From positions 134 to 64,133 of the forward strand of contig WAQK01000030.1 in NCBI GenBank assembly GCA_015520265.1: 64,000 nucleotides of DNA. Direction: 5' to 3'. The notes under the pieces were generated by a model, which ran no database searches, had not been told where the DNA came from, and saw only the letters and a list, made by a program, of their open reading frames with translations. Made by a program: the position numbers and the translations under genes. Below, in pieces: positions 44,863 through 54,856 of the stretch (positions within the stretch are counted from its first letter, which is position 1; each line of letters begins with the position of its first letter). The stretch is from Pyrodictiaceae archaeon. GTDB taxonomy: Archaea; Thermoproteota; Thermoprotei_A; Sulfolobales; WAQK01.

Positions 44863-45858
44863 ATGTGTTGCCACCCACACGCCTGGAGGTGCCCCAGGAT
44901 CCGCGGCATCATTGTGGGTGTGGACGGCGGGGCCTCAAGGACCCGGGCTGCCGCCGTCAGGCTGGAGGGGAGCCTGGTGGGGCTGGGAGTCTCGGGTCCC
45001 AGCAACTATCACAACGTGGGTGTCGAGCGGGCTGTCGGCAATATAGTTAAGGCCCTGGAGCAGGCCCTCCGAGGAGAGGAGTACGACGTGGCCGTCGTGG
45101 CCCTGGCAGGCATGGATACACGGTTCGACCGCGAGGTCATGGGGGAGGCCTTGGGGAGAAGGCTGAAGGGCAGAGTCCTGGTGGAGCACGACGCCCACGC
45201 AGCCCTATACGCGGCCACTGGGGGCGCTCCGGGCGTGGTAGTGATCGCCGGGACGGGCAGCATAGTGTACGGCTACAGGGACGGTGAGAGGATAGTCTAC
45301 GGCGACAGGGGCTGGCTCCTGGGGGACGAGGGCTCGGCCTATTGGGTGGGCGCCGAGGCGCTGAGGGCCGCAGTGAGGAGACTGCAGGAGGGAGAGCGCA
45401 CTAGGCTGGCCGAGCTGGTGCTCGGCAAGATGGGTGCCAGGGACCTCGAGGAGCTTGTATGGAGGACCTACAGCACCCCCCACAGCGTCGAACGCGTAGC
45501 GGCGCTGGCCCCCCTGGTTTCGAGGGCCGCCGAGGAGGGCGACGCCGACGCCCTCGAGATCCTGGTGCGTGGAGCCTCCATACTGGCCTCCTACGCCGCT
45601 AAGGCCGCCAGGAGGGTGGGTGTCGACAAGGTCTACTACACGGCCGGCATGTTCAGCTCACCCATCTATGAGGACATTTTCCTGAGGGAGACCGAGAGGA
45701 GGATGGTGAGGGCCGAGAGGCTCCTGACCCCTCCACTGGTGGGGTGCCTGATAATGGCGCTGGAAGCGCTGGGGCTCGAGGTGCCCCGCGGCTTCGCGGA
45801 GAAGGCGTCGAGGCTGGTGGCCCCCTTATACTCTCCTCGACTCGACGAGAAGCCTTAG
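44863..45858 (+). CDS. BadF/BadG/BcrA/BcrD-type ATPase (N-acetylglucosamine kinase-like, ASKHA fold)
   Basis: Phosphate-1 motif IVGVDGGASRTRAA, plus VVIAGTGSI and GWLLGDEGSAYW. The start is trimmed to the Met at 44863, and a start nearer IVGVDGG is also possible. Confidence 0.7.
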   Translation: MCCHPHAWRCPRIRGIIVGVDGGASRTRAAAVRLEGSLVGLGVSGPSNYHNVGVERAVGNIVKALEQALRGEEYDVAVVALAGMDTRFDREVMGEALGRRLKGRVLVEHDAHAALYAATGGAPGVVVIAGTGSIVYGYRDGERIVYGDRGWLLGDEGSAYWVGAEALRAAVRRLQEGERTRLAELVLGKMGARDLEELVWRTYSTPHSVERVAALAPLVSRAAEEGDADALEILVRGASILASYAAKAARRVGVDKVYYTAGMFSSPIYEDIFLRETERRMVRAERLLTPPLVGCLIMALEALGLEVPRGFAEKASRLVAPLYSPRLDEKP

Positions 45859-46536
45859 CAGCTGTGAGGCGAAGGCCCAGACGATCCCTATGCTCAGCTT
45901 GCTGGCTCCCCGGCTCCGGGGCCTGAACACGTAGGGGACGTCGCGGACCCTGGCCGAGGGGTTCCTGGCCAGGAGCTCTAACAGTATTTTGAACCCCTGC
46001 ACCCTGAGACCCGGGTCCAGGAGGAGCCTCCGTCTGGCAGCGAAGAAACCGCTCAGAGGGTCGGTGGACCTCCTAGCCGGAGGCACCAGCATCCTTGTCA
46101 ACAGGGTGCCCCCTCGGCTGGCAATATGACGTAAAGCATTCCACCCCTCGACACCGCCGCCCCGCGTGTAGCGGCTCGCCACCACTATGTCGTAGCCCAG
46201 CATGGCTGCAAGCGCGAGGAGGCGGGCTACCCTGGGTGGGTGCTGGAGGTCCGCGTCCATCACTATGACCAGCTCATGCCTAGCCTCGGCCGCGCCCCGC
46301 ACCACGGCGGAGGCCAGGCCCATCCTGCCGGGGCGTACCACCACCCTGACCGGGTACTTCTCGGCCAGCCTCCTAGCCTCCTCGGCAGTGCCATCGGGGC
46401 TGTTGTCGTCCACCACCACTACCTCGTAGCCCAGGTCCCTGAGGGCCTCGTCAAGCCCCCTTATAAGGGGCTCCATGTTCTCCCTCTCATTATAGGTAGG
46501 CACTACGACGGTCACCGCCATACGTTGCCCCTCCAA
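45826..46536 (-). CDS. GT2 glycosyltransferase, dolichyl/polyprenyl-phosphate mannose synthase (Dpm1-like)
   Basis: VVVPTYNERENM, VVVDDNSPDGT and DADLQHPP are signature GT2/Dpm1 motifs. 236 aa. Confidence 0.85.
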   Translation of the reverse strand: MEGQRMAVTVVVPTYNERENMEPLIRGLDEALRDLGYEVVVVDDNSPDGTAEEARRLAEKYPVRVVVRPGRMGLASAVVRGAAEARHELVIVMDADLQHPPRVARLLALAAMLGYDIVVASRYTRGGGVEGWNALRHIASRGGTLLTRMLVPPARRSTDPLSGFFAARRRLLLDPGLRVQGFKILLELLARNPSARVRDVPYVFRPRSRGASKLSIGIVWAFASQLLRLLVESRRV

Positions 46537-47276
46537 GCCAACCTCCTACTAAGAGTATAGTTCCAGATGAAGGTGACCAGTATGGCCGCCAGGTAGGACA
46601 GGCGAGGCGAGAAGGGTGTTAGCAACATGAAGGCGAAGTGGCTGGCCGTCAGCACGGCCAGGCCGGCCAGGCTCACAGCGTTGTAGGCAACCAGCCTCCT
46701 AGCCACGCTCCAGGCGTCGCGGGGCAGCCTTAGGTCTGCGAAGGTCCAGACCTCGTTGAGGGCGAAGTTCCAGAGGGTTGCCACCTCGGTGGCTAGGGCG
46801 TCGGGCAACGCGTAGCCCGCGATCCTGCCCGACAATATGAGGTGGAGGCCTAGGAAGTCGACGAAGAAGCTCCAGGCAGCCAGGTTCACCAGCACCCCCG
46901 TGGCGCCGACCAGGGCGAACCTAGCCATGTAGCCGAACTCGGTGTAGAACGCCATCTCGAGGAGAACAGCCAGGCCCCCAAGGAGCCCCAAATCCAGTGT
47001 CTCGGTGCACCCACCCCTCCGCCTGGCCGCCACAACACCCCCTGACTCCACAGGCAGCCCGAACAGCCTGGAAGCCAGGAGGAGTATGCCGGGAAGCCTT
47101 ACGGAGACGCTGCACCCCTGCCTCACGGCGAGGTCAACGACGCGGACATTGCTGGTATACAGGATGACGTCGGCATCATCAGGGCTGGACGAAGCCTGGA
47201 TCCCGTATTTCTCCCGGAGCTTGGCGGCTAGCCGCTGGTGGGCCGCCACGTTCTCCTCCAACCCAGGGGCCTCCAA
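46512..47276 (-). CDS. GtrA-like membrane protein with an N-terminal soluble extension
   Basis: The C-terminal roughly 140 aa have four TM helices with a GtrA pattern (RFALVGATGVLVNLAAW...NFALNEVWTF...NYTLSRRLAWR). The 3' end overlaps the start of the Dpm1-like gene by 25 nt. Confidence 0.6.
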   Translation of the reverse strand: MEAPGLEENVAAHQRLAAKLREKYGIQASSSPDDADVILYTSNVRVVDLAVRQGCSVSVRLPGILLLASRLFGLPVESGGVVAARRRGGCTETLDLGLLGGLAVLLEMAFYTEFGYMARFALVGATGVLVNLAAWSFFVDFLGLHLILSGRIAGYALPDALATEVATLWNFALNEVWTFADLRLPRDAWSVARRLVAYNAVSLAGLAVLTASHFAFMLLTPFSPRLSYLAAILVTFIWNYTLSRRLAWRGNVWR

Positions 47277-47326
47277 GGGATAAGTGGAGAGCGGTTCCTA
47301 TTATAGGCTGGGCCGCTACACTGTAG

Positions 47327-47944
47327 ATGGGGCTGTCTTTGGACCCGTGGGAGTTGGTAGAGGAGGAGATCAGGTCCTGCAGAAGGTGCCCCCTCCACGC
47401 ATATAGGAGGAACGCCGTGCCGGGCGAGGGGAGAAGGGACGCCGAACTCGTGTTCATAGGGGAGGCTCCGGGCAGGGTCGAGGACGAGACCGGCAGGCCC
47501 TTCGTGGGAGCTGCAGGCAAGCTCCTCACCAGTCTGATAGAGGGTATGGGCCTGAGGAGGGAGGACGTCTACATCACCAACATAGTGAAGTGCAGGCCTC
47601 CCAACAACAGGGATCCGGAGCCAGGCGAGATAGAGGCGTGCATACCGTATCTCAAAAGGCAGCTCAACATGATCAGGCCCCGCGTAGTGGTGGCCCTAGG
47701 CAGGCACGCCGCCCGCACCCTCTTCGAGGCAGCCGGGCTGAGATGGAGAAGCATGGCCCGCGACCACGGAAGGCCCGTAGAGGCGGAGCTCTGGGGTGTG
47801 AGGGTCACCCTGTATCCCACCTACCACCCGGCGGCTGCCCTCTACAATCCTAAGCTGAGGGAGAGCTTGGAGAAGGACTTCGAGAAGCTGGCCAAGCTCC
47901 TCGGCTCTAGGAGGAGGACCGGGACCCTTCTCGACTACCTCTAG
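47327..47944 (+). CDS. udg: uracil-DNA glycosylase, family 4 (thermostable Fe-S UDG)
   Basis: CRRCPL, the GEAPG motif (FIGEAPGRVEDETGRPFVGAAG), NIVKCRPPNNR and HPAAALYNP are typical of family 4 UDG. Confidence 0.85.
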   Translation: MGLSLDPWELVEEEIRSCRRCPLHAYRRNAVPGEGRRDAELVFIGEAPGRVEDETGRPFVGAAGKLLTSLIEGMGLRREDVYITNIVKCRPPNNRDPEPGEIEACIPYLKRQLNMIRPRVVVALGRHAARTLFEAAGLRWRSMARDHGRPVEAELWGVRVTLYPTYHPAAALYNPKLRESLEKDFEKLAKLLGSRRRTGTLLDYL

Positions 47945-49694
47945 CCAATACGGCGATGGTGGCGATGGCCGACGCTGCCAGCAGGAGGGCAGAGGTGACT
48001 GTGAGGGCCCGGCCAGCCTCCGGACTACCCGTGGGCACGGCACCCGGCGCTGGACGCGGAGCTTCCATCCTTACAAGAGCATAGCGGAGCGCCAGCAGCT
48101 CGCAGGAAGCCATGCCCAGTATAGCTATGCCGCTTGTATAGTTCCCATTGCCTGCAAGGTAGGATCCATATTCATAGTATAGTGAGGCCTGTAGGGGCTC
48201 GTACCCTCTGAACTTGGAGAGAGCGTACAGGGTTTCCACCACCTTTTCCAGTCCACTACTATAGAGGGCAAGAATCTCGCGGCTCCTCTCATGTATCGGG
48301 GCCTCGACCCAGCCTGAAAGCGTGGACACCAGTTCCAAGGCTAGGCCGAATGCCAGATGGTAGTCGCCCCTACTGTAGGCGTCTTTGGCATCCTCCAGCT
48401 CCCCCCTGTACTCGGAGAGGTAGGCTTCGGGGCTCCTGCCCAGCACGCTTTGCGCGAACTGCTCCAGTATCCCTGAGACATAGGTGAGGGTAAGCTCGGC
48501 GAGGTCCAGGGCCGAGCGGGCTACTAGTGCCTCCATGTAGGGCGAGAACCCAGGCCCCTCCTCGGGATGCGCGCGAAGCCAGGCCAGGGCTGTCTCAGCC
48601 CTGGCCAGCGAGAGGGTGGCGTTGCCAGCCGCCGACCTATAGTCTCCCCGATCCAGGGAGTCACGCGCCTTTCCGAGGTACTTCTCCGCCACATAGATCC
48701 TGTAGGCGGCAGCCGCCTTGACCTCGAAGCCCCAGAGCCCGGCGGCGTTGGTCTCATTGTAGGCTAGACGCGCATCCCTGACCCTCCCCTCAGCCTCCTT
48801 TAAAAGATCCTCAACATAGCCTCGGGGATCGGCTGTGGAGTTCACGGTTAGGGACACGTTGGTCAGGAGGACGCGTATCTTGGCCGTGAAGGCCAGGCTT
48901 GCTGCAGCGTAGGCCAGGCCCCTCTCGAGGGCCTCGCGGGCCATGCGGATCTCCGCGTCAACGCCCGCCGCCTTTATCAACCAGCGCCCAGCATCCTCTA
49001 ACAGTGAAAGGTCGGAACGTGCGCTCTCGGCGAAAGCCGCTGAAGCTCCTGGAGGAACCGTTATGTTCGCCTCGATATACCCATCCCTTATTCCGGCCAG
49101 CCTGTAGTAGGCTTCCAGGGCTGTGGCGGCTGGCTCGGCCCCCCTCCTGCCAGCCATCTCATCCATGTTGCCGAGAGGGTAGACAAACAGGCCAGCGGTA
49201 GAGGAGGCTGCCGCGTACTTCTCGGCCACGCCTCCCACGGTTACGTCTAGGAGGGTGGGTGACAGCGTGCCGGTCGCCACTCCCTCTATCTTGGTGTTTG
49301 AGAGGAGTGAGAGCACTGCGGAGAACACGGTTATGCTGGCACTGGGCCCCTCCACCCTCTCACCGCCCGTGTCGAGGATTATAGTCACATCCACGCTGGA
49401 TGGATCAACGCCCGCCACTATGCATGCAAGGGTGGCTGCCAGCCTGAAGGAGGCCTCGGTATCGCTTCCGACGAATAGGTCCGGCTTGGCCTCGAACCTC
49501 CCGGACCCCGGGTACCTGAGGATCACCTTGGCCTTGAACAACTGGCCGAGACCGTCCTCGGTAACCGCTGCCAGCCAAACATCGAGGCTCCGCTCCCCCT
49601 GCTCCACTGCGAGCACGTGGATTGAGGGGAGAAGCACGAGGAGCGAGACGAGCAGGGCTGCCGCGAGCCTGGCTTTCCTCACTGCGGGCATCAT
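47907..49694 (-). CDS. secreted, C-terminally anchored protein with a Lon-like S16 peptidase domain and a long helical repeat region
   Basis: 595 aa with an N-terminal signal (AAALLVSLLVLLPSIHVLA). The segment VEGPSASITVFSAVLSLLSNTKIEGVATGTLSPTLLDVTVGGVAEKYAAA aligns with the Lon catalytic region GPSAG...MTGEI...IGGxxEK. It also has an Ala/Leu/Arg/Glu-rich helical half and a C-terminal TM (LTVTSALLLAASAIATIAVLA). Confidence 0.6.
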   Translation of the reverse strand: MMPAVRKARLAAALLVSLLVLLPSIHVLAVEQGERSLDVWLAAVTEDGLGQLFKAKVILRYPGSGRFEAKPDLFVGSDTEASFRLAATLACIVAGVDPSSVDVTIILDTGGERVEGPSASITVFSAVLSLLSNTKIEGVATGTLSPTLLDVTVGGVAEKYAAASSTAGLFVYPLGNMDEMAGRRGAEPAATALEAYYRLAGIRDGYIEANITVPPGASAAFAESARSDLSLLEDAGRWLIKAAGVDAEIRMAREALERGLAYAAASLAFTAKIRVLLTNVSLTVNSTADPRGYVEDLLKEAEGRVRDARLAYNETNAAGLWGFEVKAAAAYRIYVAEKYLGKARDSLDRGDYRSAAGNATLSLARAETALAWLRAHPEEGPGFSPYMEALVARSALDLAELTLTYVSGILEQFAQSVLGRSPEAYLSEYRGELEDAKDAYSRGDYHLAFGLALELVSTLSGWVEAPIHERSREILALYSSGLEKVVETLYALSKFRGYEPLQASLYYEYGSYLAGNGNYTSGIAILGMASCELLALRYALVRMEAPRPAPGAVPTGSPEAGRALTVTSALLLAASAIATIAVLARGSREGSRSSS

Positions 49695-49813
49695 CCCCTA
49701 CGGGATCTGCGGCGGCCCGGGCATTATTAGGGTTTCCCGGGGAGGAGCGGTAGCATTATGTATGATGGGCCCAGCTATGTTACCTGGGCCCCGGAGGCCC
49801 GCAGGGCTAGAGG

Positions 49814-50356
49814 GTGGAGGGATTCATGGCCGACCAGAGGCCCGTGGAGAGGCTGAAGGAGTTCCTGGAGAAGAAGGTGGCGGAGCTTAAGAAGGAGCTG
49901 GAGTTCTACGAACTCCTCCTAGGACTACTCGAGTCCAACGTGGTTAGAAGCCTCATGAGCCCGGAGCCTAAGCCCGGCGAGGACCTGATAACCGTCAGGT
50001 CCAGGAAAGGGGACATCGTCGGATACATCTATGTGGGGAGAAGCTACGTCAGGATGGTCCCGGTGAAGCCCATCAAGGTGGACTCCAGGTTTGTCAGGCT
50101 CTCCATACTCAACTACCTGGAGGAGACCAAGAAGAGGATGATGGAGGAGGCAGAGGCGGGGATCAGGAAACAGAGCGAGGTCATGGACTATAACTACGTG
50201 GAGGACCCGGAGGGCAATCTCCGCGAAATAGTGGTCAAGAACCTGGTGGACGAGGTGGACCTGGAGGACGTCAAGGAGACTTTGAGACACAGTCTCATGG
50301 TTTACGCTAACAGGTACCTGGAGGCACCCGTGAAGCCTAGGGAGGGGTCGGCGTAA
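49814..50356 (+). CDS. hypothetical protein (N-terminal coiled coil plus alpha/beta domain)
   Basis: 180-aa ORF with good coding composition (VERLKEFLEKKVAELKKELEFYELLLGLLE...). The long antisense ORF 49925..50692 is rejected. No family recognised. Confidence 0.45.
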   Translation: MEGFMADQRPVERLKEFLEKKVAELKKELEFYELLLGLLESNVVRSLMSPEPKPGEDLITVRSRKGDIVGYIYVGRSYVRMVPVKPIKVDSRFVRLSILNYLEETKKRMMEEAEAGIRKQSEVMDYNYVEDPEGNLREIVVKNLVDEVDLEDVKETLRHSLMVYANRYLEAPVKPREGSA

Positions 50357-50467
50357 CACTGAGCATTCATGCCGAGCCCGGATCCTACTTGCCGGGTAGT
50401 CCTCATCCCCCAGGCGATATTTTAACAAGGCGCGGCCCTTATAGATTCTTATGGAGAGTGTTCCGGG

Positions 50468-52258
50468 TTGGAGTTCAGGATAGTGGCCGAAACCTTCGAC
50501 CGGCTTGAACGGGAGACCGCCAGGACACAGATGACCATGGACCTCGTCAACCTCTTCAAACAGGCCGAGCCCAGGGTCGTCGGGAAGCTGGTCTACCTCC
50601 TCATGGGTAAGCTCTGGCCCGACTGGAAGGGCCTGCCCGAGCTGGGGATGGGGGAGAAGCTCATCATCAAGTCCATAGCCATGGCGACCCACGTCAGCGA
50701 ATCCGTGGTGGTGGACCTCTACAAGAAGCTGGGCGACCTAGGCCTCGTCGCCGAGAAGCTGAAGACCGAGAAGAAGCAGACGGTCTCCCTCCTAATGTTC
50801 GCCGCCGGGGGTCCCGGGGCTGGAAGCCTCACGGTGGACAAGGTCTACGACACCCTGGCCAGGATCGCCATGGCCACGGGGGAGGGGAGCAGGGACCTCA
50901 AGCTCAAGCTTCTGGCGGGCCTCCTAACCGACGCCACACCCCTGGAGGCCAGGTTCATAGTGAGGTTCGTGCAGGGTAGGCTGAGGCTCGGCGTGGGGGA
51001 CGCCACCATAATGGACGCCCTCGCAATAGTCTACACGGGCTCGGCCAGCAACAGGCCCCTGATAGAGAGGGCCTATAACCTCCGGGCCGACCTGGGGAGG
51101 ATAGCGGAGATCCTAGCCACCGAGGGCCCCGAGGCCCTGAAGGGGATAAAGCCGGAGGTCGGCATACCGATAAGACCCATGCTGGCCGAGAGGCTCAGCG
51201 ACCCCGAGGAGATACTGAAGAAGACGGGCGGCAAGGCGATAGTGGAGTACAAGTACGACGGCGAGAGGGGGCAGATCCACAAGAAGGGAGACAAAGTATG
51301 GATATTCTCCAGGAGGCTGGAGAACATCACCCACATGTACCCCGACGTCCAGGAGTATGCCAGGAAGCACCTGAAGGCAGAGGAGGCCATAGTGGAGGGC
51401 GAAATAGTGGCAGTAGACCCCGAGACAGGCGAACTCAGGCCATTCCAAGAACTCATGCATAGGAGGAGAAAGTACGACATCCACAGGATGATGAAGGAAT
51501 ACCCGGTCAACGTGAGGCTCTTCGACGTCCTCTACGTCGACGGGGAGGACTACACCACGAGGCCCCTCACCGAGAGGAGGAAGAAGCTGGAGGAGATCGT
51601 CGAGGCCTCCGAGGAGTTCAGGCCAGCCGAGTACATTGTGGCGGAGAGCCCTGAGGACCTTGAGAAGTTCTTCCTCCAAGCAGTCTCGGACGGCGCCGAG
51701 GGCGTGGTGGTCAAGGCGATCCACGGCAACGCCGTGTACCAGGCCGGCTCCAGGGGCTGGCTCTGGATCAAGTATAAGCGCGACTACAAGAGCGAGATGA
51801 TAGACACCGTCGACCTCGTGGCGGTGGGCGCCTTCTATGGCAGGGGCAAGAGGGGAGGCACCTACGGGGCCCTCCTCATGGCGGCCTACGACCCCGAGGC
51901 GGACATGTTCCGCACCGTCTGTAAGGTGGGCACAGGGTTCACCGACGAGGACCTGGCCAAGCTTCCCGAGATGTTCAAGGAATACGTGATCGACCATAAG
52001 CACCCCAGAGTGGACTCCAGGATGGAGGCGGACGTCTGGTTCGTCCCGGCGCTGGTGGCCGAGATCATAGGCGCGGAGATAACCCTGTCACCCCTACACA
52101 CCTGCTGCCTCGACGTGGTGAAGCCCGGGGCAGGCCTATCCATCAGGTTCCCCAGATTCATAAGGTGGAGGCCCGACAAGGGCCCCGAGGACGCGACGAC
52201 CACAAAGGAAATACTGGAAATGTACCAGAGGCAGCTCAGAAAAGTGGAGGAGGCCTAG
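50468..52258 (+). CDS. lig: ATP-dependent DNA ligase
   Basis: 596 aa. Adenylation motif [13 protein letters not shown], motif [13 protein letters not shown], motif IV EGVVVK, motif [11 protein letters not shown] and motif [17 protein letters not shown]. It has a TTG start with the typical MEFxxxAExFxxLE N-terminus. Confidence 0.95.
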   Translation: MEFRIVAETFDRLERETARTQMTMDLVNLFKQAEPRVVGKLVYLLMGKLWPDWKGLPELGMGEKLIIKSIAMATHVSESVVVDLYKKLGDLGLVAEKLKTEKKQTVSLLMFAAGGPGAGSLTVDKVYDTLARIAMATGEGSRDLKLKLLAGLLTDATPLEARFIVRFVQGRLRLGVGDATIMDALAIVYTGSASNRPLIERAYNLRADLGRIAEILATEGPEALKGIKPEVGIPIRPMLAERLSDPEEILKKTGGKAIVEYKYDGERGQIHKKGDKVWIFSRRLENITHMYPDVQEYARKHLKAEEAIVEGEIVAVDPETGELRPFQELMHRRRKYDIHRMMKEYPVNVRLFDVLYVDGEDYTTRPLTERRKKLEEIVEASEEFRPAEYIVAESPEDLEKFFLQAVSDGAEGVVVKAIHGNAVYQAGSRGWLWIKYKRDYKSEMIDTVDLVAVGAFYGRGKRGGTYGALLMAAYDPEADMFRTVCKVGTGFTDEDLAKLPEMFKEYVIDHKHPRVDSRMEADVWFVPALVAEIIGAEITLSPLHTCCLDVVKPGAGLSIRFPRFIRWRPDKGPEDATTTKEILEMYQRQLRKVEEA

Positions 52259-52521
52259 GCCTTTAGCCTAAACTCTTTCCCTATGGCCTGGCCCGGCAGG
52301 TTAGGCTTGAAAACTATCCTTACAACACCCTTCCTACCGTGGACGCCCACCACTTTGCCATGGTACGTGTTGCCATGTTCATCCACATAGATTGCCTTCT
52401 TCCCGACCAGCCTGCACGCCTCCTTGTAGCTGCCTACGCCCCTGACCAGGGCCAACACCTCGCTGGTATACTGGGTGTTGCTGCCACGTCTATAGCCGAG
52501 GATGACGCCTGAAAGTTCCAT
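52255..52521 (-). CDS. rpl35ae: 50S ribosomal protein L35Ae
   Basis: 88 aa from the ATG at 52521: [18 protein letters not shown]...[27 protein letters not shown] matches the L35Ae pattern. The ORF-track N-terminal extension is rejected. Confidence 0.8.
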   Translation of the reverse strand: MELSGVILGYRRGSNTQYTSEVLALVRGVGSYKEACRLVGKKAIYVDEHGNTYHGKVVGVHGRKGVVRIVFKPNLPGQAIGKEFRLKA

Positions 52522-52721
52522 TCCAACCACCCGGATGCCTGTGATAAGCCTGTTGGAATATATGTTTTGTTTCACGGAGACGTGTCGCCGGCCGAGAGCG
52601 CCCCCTCCCGACACCGTGTTCTTCTAACCAGTATGGTCTCATTCATAAACCACATCATTTCCCGTGCTAATGGGTGAGGTTTATATTTGAAAACATACAA
52701 TTAGTGGACAGGTGCAAGAAC

Positions 52722-53180
52722 ATGGTTCTGAAAGAGGGAGAACCCGCGCCCGACTTCGAACTCCAAGACCACACGGGCAAGACAGTGAGGCTGAGCGACT
52801 ACCGGGGCAGGATAGTAGTGCTCTACTTCTACCCGCGGGCCATGACGTCGGGCTGCACCAGGGAAACTGCCAGGTTCAACGAGTTGCTCGACGAGTTCGA
52901 GAAGCTGGGAGCGGTGGTGCTGGGCGCCAGCACTGACAGCGTGTCCAAGAACGCCAAGTTCGCCGAGAAGCTGGGCGTCAGGTTCAGCCTCCTCTCCGAT
53001 AAGGGCGGCAAGGTGGCCGACGCCTACGGGGCCCTTAGGAAGGGTAAGTGTCCCAGCGCCCTCAGGGTGACCTTCATCATAGGCCCCGACGGCAGGATAG
53101 CCAGGGTGCTTAAGGATCTTAGGCCAGCCGACAAGCACGCGGAAGAAGCCCTCAACGTGGTTAGGAGCCTGGCAGGCTAG
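52722..53180 (+). CDS. bcp: peroxiredoxin, Bcp (thiol peroxidase) type
   Basis: PAPDFEL...VVLYFYPRAMTSGCTRE contains the peroxidatic Cys motif. The start is trimmed to the Met at 52722. Confidence 0.9.
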   Translation: MVLKEGEPAPDFELQDHTGKTVRLSDYRGRIVVLYFYPRAMTSGCTRETARFNELLDEFEKLGAVVLGASTDSVSKNAKFAEKLGVRFSLLSDKGGKVADAYGALRKGKCPSALRVTFIIGPDGRIARVLKDLRPADKHAEEALNVVRSLAG

Positions 53181-53227
53181 CGGAACCCCAATTAACCTCT
53201 CCCACAATTTTTGCCTCGAGGTGCGAC

Positions 53228-54364
53228 GTGTTGGCATCTTACCCCGGAGCACTATTTCTATCCGCTCTCCACAAGTACGCATCGATCCTCGTGGACTACA
53301 GTGTACACGTGGGGAAGGGGGAGGAGGTAGCCATACGGGGCACAGTAGAGGCCCTCCCCTTGCTGAAGGAGATATACAGGGCCATCCTGGAAAAGGGAGC
53401 CTATCCAACACTCCTCATAAGCGATGACACATTGACCGAGATATTCTATAAGCATGCATCCGAGGACCATCTCAAGCACATATCACCCATTACTAGGGTG
53501 TTGTACGAGGAATACGACGTGTTCATAAACATACTGAGCCCAACCCACACCAAGACGCTGGTAGGCATAGACCCCGCTAAGCAGGCCCTGATGAGCCAGA
53601 CCCTCCGCCCCCTAAACGAGAGGTTCTTCAAGGAAGCTGCTGAGGGCAAGAAGAAGTGGACGGTGGCGCCCTACCCCACCCTAGCCATGGCCCAGGAGGC
53701 GGGCATGTCGCCAGGAGACTTCGAGGAATTCGTGTATCGGGCCCTCAAGCTCGACGAGGAGGACCCTGTTAAGGCGTGGAGGGAGCAGTCTGAGAGGCAG
53801 AAGAGGCTCATAGAGGAGCTGCTCTCGAAGGCCGACGAACTACGCTTCCAGGGGCCAGGCATAGACCTCACCGTGAAGGTGGGTGGGAGGAGATGGATCA
53901 GCGACGACGGCCACGAGAACATGCCGGGAGGCGAGGTGTTCACAGGCCCGGTCGAGGACTCCGTGGACGGCTGCGTGGAGTTCGACTACCCGGCAGTCTA
54001 CAGAGGCGTCGAGGTTGAAGGCGTGAAGCTCTGCTTCAGGAACGGCAGGGTCTACGAGTACAGCGCCGTCAAGGGCCGCGACTTCCTGGAGAAGATGGTG
54101 AACCTGGATGAGGGGTCGGCGAGGCTGGGCGAGCTGGCCTTCGGCCTCAACTACAGTATAACCAGGGCTACTAAGGAGATCCTCTTCGACGAGAAGATAG
54201 GTGGCACAGTTCACATGGCCCTCGGGGCAGGCTACCCTGAAACAGGCTCCCAGAACAAGAGCGCCATCCACTGGGACATGATAAAAGACATGAAGAGCCC
54301 CGAAGCCAGGGTCTACGTAGACGGCGAGCTAGCATACCGCGCTGGTAGATTCCTTCTATGGTGA
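53228..54364 (+). CDS. aminopeptidase, M29 family (AmpS/PepS/aminopeptidase T-like)
   Basis: 378 aa. The N-terminus KYASILVDYSVHVGKGEEVAIRG and C-terminal ELAFGLN...GGTVHMALGAGY...HWDMI match thermophilic M29 aminopeptidases. Confidence 0.8.
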   Translation: MLASYPGALFLSALHKYASILVDYSVHVGKGEEVAIRGTVEALPLLKEIYRAILEKGAYPTLLISDDTLTEIFYKHASEDHLKHISPITRVLYEEYDVFINILSPTHTKTLVGIDPAKQALMSQTLRPLNERFFKEAAEGKKKWTVAPYPTLAMAQEAGMSPGDFEEFVYRALKLDEEDPVKAWREQSERQKRLIEELLSKADELRFQGPGIDLTVKVGGRRWISDDGHENMPGGEVFTGPVEDSVDGCVEFDYPAVYRGVEVEGVKLCFRNGRVYEYSAVKGRDFLEKMVNLDEGSARLGELAFGLNYSITRATKEILFDEKIGGTVHMALGAGYPETGSQNKSAIHWDMIKDMKSPEARVYVDGELAYRAGRFLLW

Positions 54365-54443
54365 TGAACATGGATGCCCCCAACAATTCTATCTCCAGTA
54401 TTCATCAGGTATTAAACAGTGAAGAAAAGCGGGCAACGGCGAA

Positions 54444-54856
54444 TTGGTAGTGACGCTTAAACATAGAGCTTTAAGCATGCTACGACCCGCCAAGCTCAGG
54501 ATCGAGTGGGGCGACAATGACCTAGCATGCTTCGACGCCGAACAAGCAGTCCAGCTTAGATTGAAGACCATACTACTAAAACTCTTCGGCGAGGAGACGA
54601 GGGTCTACGGCGTTCTAGAGCACCTGTCGTTGCTTAGACGAAGGCTTGAGGATGCAGGGTTTAAGAAGGAGGCCGAGGCTCTTTCGGGCTCGTTCGGAGG
54701 AACCGGACATTAATAGAACTTCTCGACGAGTCGTACATTATGGCTAGATACGGTTCGCCTGGACTTTACCGGAGGAGCGATGCGGAGAAAGCTGTAGAAT
54801 TTGCTGAAGAGTTAGTCAAAACCCTAGAAAAACTGGAGAAGGGCGTCCTTGGTTGA
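54444..54856 (+). pseudogene. HEPN domain gene interrupted by a frameshift
   Basis: The N-terminal HEPN half (FDAEQAVQLRLKTILLKLFG...) runs in one frame to the TAA at 54711. The C-terminal half (LVRRNRTLIELLDESYIMARYGSPG...EKGVLG*) continues in the adjacent frame to the TGA at 54854-54856. The frames switch near 54680-54700. Confidence 0.6.

Noticed and set aside
49925-52003. Long antisense ORFs 49925..50692 (255 aa) and 51113..52003 (296 aa), opposite the hypothetical gene and the DNA ligase
   Set aside because: The ligase frame carries all the adenylation motifs. The antisense translations are His/Leu/Pro/Gly/Val-biased with no motifs, which marks them as GC-skew artefacts.
52701-53411. 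236-aa ORF antisense to bcp and the aminopeptidase start
   Set aside because: It spans an intergenic region and two well-supported plus-strand genes, and its sequence is Pro/Arg/Gly-rich without motifs.
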